Of a stretch of 64,000 nucleotides of DNA, positions 56,915-64,000 are shown piece after piece. The first letter of the stretch is position 1; each line of letters begins with the position of its first letter. This DNA comes from an uncultured Marvinbryantia sp. (GTDB lineage Bacteria; Bacillota; Clostridia; Lachnospirales; Lachnospiraceae): NCBI GenBank assembly GCA_937915375.1, contig CALDMO010000012.1, positions 3,915 to 67,914 of the forward strand, in the 5' to 3' direction. Below the pieces are notes generated by a model. That model was not told the DNA's origin and did not search any database. It was given only the letters and a program-made list of their open reading frames with translations. The position numbers were made by a program, and so were the translations under genes.

Positions 56915-58513
56915 TTATGATTCGTCATGGAAACTGCCGTCCATGAAATCGTCGCCGCTGTCTGCTGACTTTTCACGGCGGCGTCTGCTTTCTTTTGCAT
57001 CCGCTTCTTCTTTGCGTCTGCGATCTTCTTCTTCGTACATTTTTGCTTCGTACATTGCGCGGTTAATCTCCTCCTGGCTTAAGTTTGAGGAGGCAGTGAT
57101 CGTGATATCCTGGCTCTTTCCGGTGCCGAGGTCTTTTGCTGTTACATGTACGATGCCGTTCGTATCTATTTCAAAGGTAACTTCGATCTGCGGCACGCCG
57201 CGCATAGCGCGTTTGATGCCGCGCAGATGAAATTCGCCCAACAGCTTATTGCCGCGGGTCATCTGGCGTTCGCCTTGGAACACTTTGATATCGACGGTTG
57301 TCTGAAAATTACCTGCGGTTGTGTAAATTTCGCTTTTGCGTGTCGGAATTGTTGTGTTGCGGTCGATGATTTTGGAAAATACACCTCCTACGGTTTCGAT
57401 GCCGAGGGAAAGGGGCGTAACATCCAGAAGCAGCAGACCGGTTACCGCGCCGGAAAGTACGCCTCCCTGCAGGGAGGCGCCCATTGCTACGCATTCATCC
57501 GGATTGATACCCTTAAACGGTTCTTTTCCCATAAACTGGCGAATTGCTGTTTGCACAGCTGGGATACGACTGGAACCGCCGACCATCAGTACTTTGGAAA
57601 TATCAGCTGGAGTGAGTCCGGCATCAGAGAGTGCCTGACGTACCGGATCCATTGTCTGCATGACAAGATGGGAAGTCAGCGAATCAAAAAGCGCTCGGGT
57701 GACAGAGGTCTCATAATTGACCGGACCGTTTTTTGTCTGCGCCAGAAACGGTAAGTTGACGGTGGTTTCGGTCATAGAGCTCAATTCAATCTTCGCTTTT
57801 TCAGCGGCTTCTGTCAGACGCGAAAGGATAGAAATATCCCTGCGCGCATCTATTTTATACTGTTTTTTTAGTTCACCTGTAAAATATTCCACAAGCGCCG
57901 CGTCGAAATCATCACCGCCAAGCTGATTGTTTCCGGCTGTGGCAAGTACTTCGATTACGCCGCTGTTAATATCCAGTACAGACACGTCAAACGTGCCGCC
58001 TCCAAGGTCATAGACCATAATTTTCTGCGGTTCTTCTTTATTAATGCCGTAAGCGAGCGCTGCCGCGGTCGGTTCGTTGATGATGCGCTGTACGTTCAGC
58101 CCGGCGATTGTTCCGGCATCTTTGGTGGCTTGACGCTGTGCGTCGGTAAAATAAGCGGGCACAGTAATGACGGCTTCTGTGACTTCTTCACCCAAAAAAT
58201 CAGAAGCGTCATTTTTTAATTTCTGCAGGATCATAGCGGAAATTTCCTGCGGTGTGTAGAACTTTCCATCTACTTTTACACGGTAATCCGAACCCATATG
58301 CCGTTTGATCGAGCTGATCGTACGGTCTGGATTGACAACGGCCTGCCGTTTGGCGGCCTGTCCGATCAGACGATCGCCGTTTTTGGAAAAAGCTACGACA
58401 GAAGGGGTGGTTCTGCCGCCGCTTTCATTCGGGATAATTACACTTTCTCCGCCTTCCATGACGGCAACGCAGGAATTGGTGGTTCCTAAATCTATTCCGA
58501 TTAATTTAGACAT
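56915..58513 (-). CDS. Hsp70/DnaK paralog, C-terminally truncated (532 aa)
   Basis: [30 protein letters not shown], linker [12 protein letters not shown]; ends shortly after the start of the helical lid. Confidence 0.92.
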   Translation of the reverse strand: MSKLIGIDLGTTNSCVAVMEGGESVIIPNESGGRTTPSVVAFSKNGDRLIGQAAKRQAVVNPDRTISSIKRHMGSDYRVKVDGKFYTPQEISAMILQKLKNDASDFLGEEVTEAVITVPAYFTDAQRQATKDAGTIAGLNVQRIINEPTAAALAYGINKEEPQKIMVYDLGGGTFDVSVLDINSGVIEVLATAGNNQLGGDDFDAALVEYFTGELKKQYKIDARRDISILSRLTEAAEKAKIELSSMTETTVNLPFLAQTKNGPVNYETSVTRALFDSLTSHLVMQTMDPVRQALSDAGLTPADISKVLMVGGSSRIPAVQTAIRQFMGKEPFKGINPDECVAMGASLQGGVLSGAVTGLLLLDVTPLSLGIETVGGVFSKIIDRNTTIPTRKSEIYTTAGNFQTTVDIKVFQGERQMTRGNKLLGEFHLRGIKRAMRGVPQIEVTFEIDTNGIVHVTAKDLGTGKSQDITITASSNLSQEEINRAMYEAKMYEEEDRRRKEEADAKESRRRREKSADSGDDFMDGSFHDES

Positions 58514-58539
58514 TACAGTACTCCTTTATCATATCATAC

Positions 58540-58574
58540 CATACAGTTTAAGCCCTGTATGATAGAAATGTCAA
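58540..58574 (-). promoter_or_regulatory. Promoter of the Hsp70 operon overlapped by an inverted repeat (not CIRCE)
   Basis: Minus-strand TTGACA (58574-58569), 18 bp, TAAACT (58550-58545); catacag-N8-ctgtatg at 58540-58561. Confidence 0.5.
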
Positions 58575-58707
58575 TTTTGCGTGTCTAAATCTGTATAAAG
58601 AAATTGGAAAAAAAGTATAAATTTTTTATGAAAGTAAGAACAAGACAGCCGATAAAGAGGGAAGAAGTTCTTTTACGGACTGCCTTGTAGTAGAATATGC
58701 AGATAAA

Positions 58708-59610
58708 TTATTCTTTTTTCTTTGAATCGTGTTCCTCTTTTAGCAGTTGCTTCAATTCTGCGAACACTTCTTTGTGGTGTGCGGAAACTGCACTTGGATT
58801 TCGCCGCAGAATACTGGATACTTTCTTGTAATCACGGTTTCGGCGCGAGGAGAGATCGAGTTCCAGATTTCCAAGTTGTTTTTGAAGATTCTGCAGGTCT
58901 TCCAAAATTGTCTGCAGATGATTTTGTTCTGCGGGATGAGAGGACTGCTTCAGCTGCTGTCTGATTTCTTCTGCAATGGAAGCTGCTTTTTCATGCATCA
59001 TTAAATGACGCTGTGAGATGCGCAGCTTCGCGTTTTCAATACGCGTTTCAATGCGGGAGAGCGTGCGGCTGCTTTCCGACAGTTTTGTCAGCAGTTCTTT
59101 TACATCCAGAGCCATACGTACAGAAAGCGCCGTATCAACGGCAAATGCGCAGATACATACAAGGCTCAGAGGATCTGCGATGAAAGAAGGAATTTTTAAA
59201 ATCATCTTTTCAATCGGCGGATGAATGACTTTTACCAACAATACGGAAAAGACGCCCCATCCGAGCGAACATGCCAGACAGATATGACCGTTCAGATTGA
59301 ATCGCATATTACTGTAGTCCCAGTAGCGCATATGGAAGAGACGTTCCATAAGAGCGCCGGTAAAATATTCCAGAATCGTAGCGCCGGTCATCCCAATCAG
59401 ATAAATAAGGATCAGATTTTCCTGGACGGGAAGCGTCAGCCAGAGAATGATGACAGCGCCGAAACCATAAATCGGCAGAAACGGTCCATGCAGAAAACCA
59501 CGGTTTACCCAACGCTTTTTTTGAAAGGATACGAAACAGCTTTCCCATATCCATCCGCAAAAGCAGTAGAAAAAGAAAAATAAAAGCCATTCGGACTGTG
59601 TGTAAAACAT
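58708..59610 (-). CDS. Putative ABC transporter permease (CmpB/TMEM229-like) with coiled-coil tail
   Basis: GWIWES, NRGFLHGPFLPIYGFG, LEYFTG, WDYS..FNLNGHIC; ggagg RBS before 59610. Confidence 0.85.
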   Translation of the reverse strand: MFYTQSEWLLFFFFYCFCGWIWESCFVSFQKKRWVNRGFLHGPFLPIYGFGAVIILWLTLPVQENLILIYLIGMTGATILEYFTGALMERLFHMRYWDYSNMRFNLNGHICLACSLGWGVFSVLLVKVIHPPIEKMILKIPSFIADPLSLVCICAFAVDTALSVRMALDVKELLTKLSESSRTLSRIETRIENAKLRISQRHLMMHEKAASIAEEIRQQLKQSSHPAEQNHLQTILEDLQNLQKQLGNLELDLSSRRNRDYKKVSSILRRNPSAVSAHHKEVFAELKQLLKEEHDSKKKE

Positions 59611-59688
59611 AAGAGACCTCCTGATTTTGAATTGCAGCAATTGAATAGTTAGTTCATAAATCATAGGTCAGAAAATGGGAGTTGTCAA

Positions 59689-61692
59689 TTAATTTTCTAT
59701 AATCTTTACATCCCATTTCTCAAGCGTAAGTTCAGAACCTTTGGCAAGTGTATTTCCGCTGAAAAGTTCCGTACCGTCTTCCGACAGAGGGAATCTCTGC
59801 ACATCTTCGGAAAAATTCATGTAATAAGTAATTTCTTTGCCGAGTTGGTTGGTTCCTTTGCGTATAATGAGCGGGAACTGTGCCTGCGGAAGCGGAATGT
59901 TCCAGTCAGCAAACAGTTTTTGCAGCAATATTTCCAGAGCACTTTGCTCAAATCGACAGGCCAGATAGACAGCTTCCCCGTCTCCAAATTGATTTTTGGT
60001 GACAGCCGCAATGCCGCCCCAGGCTGGGTGCTCATAGGTACAGAGAACCTCTCCGGTTACCTGCTCCGGCAATTCCATCCAATCATATACTGCCGGATGT
60101 TCCGGAAAATCTGCCAGTTTGGAAGCAAGCGTAACATTTGTCGGCTTCGTAAAACGATCGTAGGTAAGACCGAAACAGTCTGTCAGATGATGCGGCTGTG
60201 CGTCGGCATATACTTTCAGATATTCATCTGAAAAGAAACTTCGGAAGGAAGCAATTAAGTGGCCGCCGTTTTTGGTATAGGCTTTTAACGCAGAGATCAG
60301 ATCTTCATCAGCGCTGTAAAGTGTTGGCAGAAGAATTGCATCATACGGCGCAAAATCGCGTTCGCTGTCGTTTATAATGTCATATTCGGCATTGATATGG
60401 TAGCAGGCATCTGCCATCCAGCGGAAATAATCTCCATAAGAGTGTTCCGGCGCTGTACCAAGCATGGCAGTTGGGAACCATTTTGTGCCTGTTAGAGAGC
60501 GATTGCTAATCATAATGGCAATGCGGTTTTTCTTCTTTAGATGGACAAGATGTTCTGAAAGACGGGCAAAATCTCTACCGATGGTCTGTGCTTCACGGTA
60601 AATGGCTCCTGCGGAAAAATCATGGCTTAACAAGCCTTTCCAATAAGTCTCGAAAGAATTGTGAATGCTGTGCCAGTGCCAGTAGCTGACGCCATCGGCT
60701 CCTGCGGCAGTGTGGGCAAAGGCCTGTAGACGGAGCTGGTTCGGGTAGGGCAGCCAGCCGAAATTTCCCTGTGCTTCTGTTTCCAGAATCAGATAGTTGG
60801 ATTTTTTCAGCCCATAGGTGATAGCGCCGCCGAAAGCGATTTCTGCGCCGGTCAGATCGTGTTCGCTTGGATGATAAATGTCACTTCCGGCGATTGTCAG
60901 TGCCTCTGCCGCGTCAAAATGATTGACATCCGGCTGCGGACCGTAGGAATGGCTGCGCCATTCAAAATCAAAATTATGCGTGATAAATTGGTCTGGCTGC
61001 CGGTATTCATCAATGATCCGGCGCTGCCAAAGAAGAAATTCTGTGACAAGATGACGTTGGAAAGCGGAAAATTCCGCACCGAAGCTGCCATTAATGGTAC
61101 CGCGCACATCGGGAAGATCCTCCCAGTCAGCGATACTGTTGGACCAGTAGGCGAAGCCGAAACGGTCGTTTAGATTTTCTACTGTACCGAAGCGGTCTTT
61201 CAGCCATTCTTTAAACTGTTTCTGCACGCGCGGGGCGCAGGTATCATAGTGTTTTGTTTCATTATCAAGCTGAAATCCAATTATACAATTATAGGGCTGT
61301 ACCTCTTCCATCAGTTTGCGAATGATACGTTCTGCATGGAAAAGATAGCCTGGATGTGTGATGTCAAAATTTTGACGCGCGCCGTAACGATTTTTTCTCT
61401 GGTGTGTTTCGCATAGAATATCCGGATATTTTTTGTCAAGCCAGGATGGGATTGCGTAGGTTGGTGTGCCGATAATTACATTCAGACCAAATTCTTCCGC
61501 TGCTTTGAGAACGCGGTGCAGACAAGTAAAGTCAAATTCACCGTCTTTTGGCTCCCAGGTACTCCAGGTGGATTCCGCAATCCGGATAGTATTAATGCCG
61601 GCATCAAGCATCATGCGAAAGTCTGTTTCCATCCGATCATAGGGCAAGTATTCGTAGTAATAAGCAACGCCGTAAATTAATTTTTTGTTCAT
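59689..61692 (-). CDS. Beta-galactosidase, GH42
   Basis: GVAYYYE, RIAESTWS..EP, QLDNE, THNF, LETEA, trimerisation domain. Confidence 0.9.
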   Translation of the reverse strand: MNKKLIYGVAYYYEYLPYDRMETDFRMMLDAGINTIRIAESTWSTWEPKDGEFDFTCLHRVLKAAEEFGLNVIIGTPTYAIPSWLDKKYPDILCETHQRKNRYGARQNFDITHPGYLFHAERIIRKLMEEVQPYNCIIGFQLDNETKHYDTCAPRVQKQFKEWLKDRFGTVENLNDRFGFAYWSNSIADWEDLPDVRGTINGSFGAEFSAFQRHLVTEFLLWQRRIIDEYRQPDQFITHNFDFEWRSHSYGPQPDVNHFDAAEALTIAGSDIYHPSEHDLTGAEIAFGGAITYGLKKSNYLILETEAQGNFGWLPYPNQLRLQAFAHTAAGADGVSYWHWHSIHNSFETYWKGLLSHDFSAGAIYREAQTIGRDFARLSEHLVHLKKKNRIAIMISNRSLTGTKWFPTAMLGTAPEHSYGDYFRWMADACYHINAEYDIINDSERDFAPYDAILLPTLYSADEDLISALKAYTKNGGHLIASFRSFFSDEYLKVYADAQPHHLTDCFGLTYDRFTKPTNVTLASKLADFPEHPAVYDWMELPEQVTGEVLCTYEHPAWGGIAAVTKNQFGDGEAVYLACRFEQSALEILLQKLFADWNIPLPQAQFPLIIRKGTNQLGKEITYYMNFSEDVQRFPLSEDGTELFSGNTLAKGSELTLEKWDVKIIEN

Positions 61693-61941
61693 AAATGACT
61701 CCTGTTCCGGCGGCAGTTTTTCGGAGGCTGCCGCGCATATGTTTTATGCCGTTTGGCACTGATATTTTAAGCAAATAATAGCATCCCAAAAGAGAAAACT
61801 GCAAGTCAAAAATTGTGAACAGAAATCCACAAAAATTTTACAAATATGAACAGGAAATTACATTGCAGATTTTACCAAAATAGTTTATTATAATGATAAG
61901 ATGAGCTGATAATGTGAATGGATGGTAAATGGGGAGATTGT

Positions 61942-63759
61942 ATGACAAAAAGAATTCAGAAAAAAATTCTACTACTATTAATCGCGTTGTTCGGGATGAT
62001 GGGAATCTTTTCTTCGTTTGAACCGCAGGTACAGGCAGCAGGCAGTTTTGACGCGTTTGAGAAAATGCCTTCCACTCTGGCAAGACCAAAGAGGAACAGT
62101 CCGCGTATTCTTTTTGTGGGGAACAGCTTGACGTTTACGAATGATCTGCCGCAAATGGTAGAACAGCTTTGCAGAAAGAGCGGTATTAACGCACGGGTGG
62201 AGCAGGTTACGAAAGGCGCGCATACGTTGAACAGGTTTGCGTTCGCTGCGTCAGGACGACCGATCGATAAGCAGATGCGTCAGCAGCTGATGTCTCAGCT
62301 GAAAAAGAAAAAATGGGATTATGTTGTCCTGCAGGGACAGCGTCATGAGGCAGTTACAGACGTTTCGGATATGCGGAAAGCGGTTGCGGCGTTGGAACCG
62401 CTGATTAAAAAAGCCGGTGCACAAATGGTATTGTATGAAACTTGGGCGCCGGAAAAAGGTCATTTTGATTACAACGGTTCCAGCAAGATTGCTGCGAATC
62501 CGAATGAGTATCAGTCAAAGATTGCCAGCACCTATTACAGTCTGGCAGAAAAGCATAAATGCGCACTTTCGCCGGCGGGAATTGCATTCGCACGCGCGCA
62601 GGTGATTTATCCGGATATAGAACTTTTTAATTCGGATAAACTGCATCCGAGTGCGGCGGGAACGTATCTTTCTGCCTGTACGATGTACGCGACGCTGTTT
62701 GGAAAAAGCCCGGAGGGGATTTCTTACTATCCGCCGATTTCGGGGAAAAATGCAAAGGAGCGCGCGCAGATTGGTAAAAAGCTGCAGGCATTGGCGGCGG
62801 ATGTTACCGTGCGCGGCGGTTCTTCAAACAATGCGTCTCTGAAGTTTTCCAGCGCGCATATGACGGTTAAGACAAATGCGAGCAAAACGCTTGATTATAA
62901 AATTTCACCAAAGGTGAAAGGAGCGCGCGTTACTTATTGGAAATCCGACAATCCTAAAATAGCCGGAGTAGATGAAAATGGTAAAGTAACCGGTTACGCG
63001 GTGGGAAGCGCGAATATTACAGCGATTCTCAATAATGGAAAAAGGGCTGTCTGTAAAGTGGCGGTTGTACAGGGAAATATTAAGCTGGGTGTCGGAGAAA
63101 AATATAAGCTGCAGTTTGATAAAACGTATAAGTGGAGCAGCAGTAATTCTAAGATTGCAATTGTGAAGGACAATACGATTATTGCCAGAAAAAGCGGTAC
63201 GGCAACGCTTACAGGAAAAAATTCCGGCGGCACAGTGAAGATGACGGTAACCGTAAAGAGTGCGCCGGGTTCTATAAAAATAAATAAAGAAAAGACGGTT
63301 GCAGTCGGAAAAACGGCAAAGCTTTCTGTCAGTCTCGGTTCTGGGATGTCAGTAAACGGCGTGAAGTTTACTTCCAGCAATCCGAAGATTGTGACGGTGG
63401 ATGCAAACGGTGTTCTTACCGGAAAACGCGCCGGAAAGGCAAAGATTACAGCCAAAACCTATAACGGCAAGCATGCTTCCTGCATTGTGAGGGTTATCCA
63501 TCCGGCAAAAAATATTGAACTTGCAGACGGCGGAACTGTAATCAGATTGCAGAAGGGCAGAACAAAACAGGTGAAACTTCGGTTTTATCCATCCAATACT
63601 ACTATTAAAAAGGTAGAGTGGAAAGTAAGCAATAAAAAGCTTTTGTCTGTCACACAAAAAGGAAAAATCAAGGGACTTAAAAAGGGTGTAGTAATGCTTA
63701 CGGCAAAGACGACAGACGGATCTAATCTTCGTCTTAAAATAAAAGTAATTATAAAATAG
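61942..63759 (+). CDS. Secreted SGNH hydrolase (DUF4886-like) with C-terminal Ig-like repeats
   Basis: Signal peptide, FVGNSLT, WDYVVLQ, DKLHPS, about four Big_2-type repeats. Confidence 0.85.
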   Translation: MTKRIQKKILLLLIALFGMMGIFSSFEPQVQAAGSFDAFEKMPSTLARPKRNSPRILFVGNSLTFTNDLPQMVEQLCRKSGINARVEQVTKGAHTLNRFAFAASGRPIDKQMRQQLMSQLKKKKWDYVVLQGQRHEAVTDVSDMRKAVAALEPLIKKAGAQMVLYETWAPEKGHFDYNGSSKIAANPNEYQSKIASTYYSLAEKHKCALSPAGIAFARAQVIYPDIELFNSDKLHPSAAGTYLSACTMYATLFGKSPEGISYYPPISGKNAKERAQIGKKLQALAADVTVRGGSSNNASLKFSSAHMTVKTNASKTLDYKISPKVKGARVTYWKSDNPKIAGVDENGKVTGYAVGSANITAILNNGKRAVCKVAVVQGNIKLGVGEKYKLQFDKTYKWSSSNSKIAIVKDNTIIARKSGTATLTGKNSGGTVKMTVTVKSAPGSIKINKEKTVAVGKTAKLSVSLGSGMSVNGVKFTSSNPKIVTVDANGVLTGKRAGKAKITAKTYNGKHASCIVRVIHPAKNIELADGGTVIRLQKGRTKQVKLRFYPSNTTIKKVEWKVSNKKLLSVTQKGKIKGLKKGVVMLTAKTTDGSNLRLKIKVIIK

Positions 63760-63773
63760 CGGGGGTAACAGTG

Positions 63774-64000
63774 ATGAAAAAATGGACAAGATTTTTTTAT
63801 CAGCCGTGTCTGCCGATCGGCAGGGATGGAAAAAGAGTGACAGGCAGCGCGGAACATATTGAGTTGTCAAGACAGGCTGCCGCAGAAGGAATGGTCCTTC
63901 TGAAAAATGAGGACGCAGCGCTTCCGTTCGCTTACGGAAAAAGAGTGGCGGTATTCGGAAAAGGCTGTGCGGATTATGTAAAGGGAGGCGGCGGAAGCGG
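63774..64000 (+). CDS. Glycoside hydrolase family 3 with C-type domain first (3'-truncated by window edge)
   Basis: Own translation: MKKWTRFFYQPCLP...RQAAAEGMVLLKNEDAALP...KGGGGS. Confidence 0.85.
   Translation, partial: MKKWTRFFYQPCLPIGRDGKRVTGSAEHIELSRQAAAEGMVLLKNEDAALPFAYGKRVAVFGKGCADYVKGGGGS

Overview
Chromosomal window from a Firmicute, most likely Lachnospiraceae/Clostridia judging by gene content, the spmA gene and a VKTGD sorting signal. It is mostly housekeeping and metabolic: phoU, the yaaO-holB-ricT-rsmI block, a Na/Pi transporter with PhoP/PhoR, sbcDC, tdk, dGTPase, an ABC exporter, udp-deoB-deoC, and GH2/GH3/GH42 glycosidases. I found no integrase, transposase, reverse transcriptase or CRISPR array. 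The most notable items are: (1) a sortase-anchored surface protein made of ten ~48-aa Cys6/His2 repeats, whose promoter has a G9 tract in the -35/-10 spacer (candidate phase variation); (2) two identical tRNA-Pro(CGG) genes flanking hemerythrin and fliB, plus a third, broken copy with a ~52-nt palindromic insert; (3) a yybP-ykoY (Mn2+) riboswitch ahead of an uncharacterised gene; (4) a four-gene operon encoding a lid-truncated Hsp70, a DUF5685-like protein with isoprenoid-synthase-like Asp motifs, a J-domain protein with a cysteine-string-like tail, and a membrane Zn-ribbon protein; (5) a divergent guanylate-kinase-like gene in the position tmk normally occupies. All family calls come from motif recognition by eye; no searches were run.
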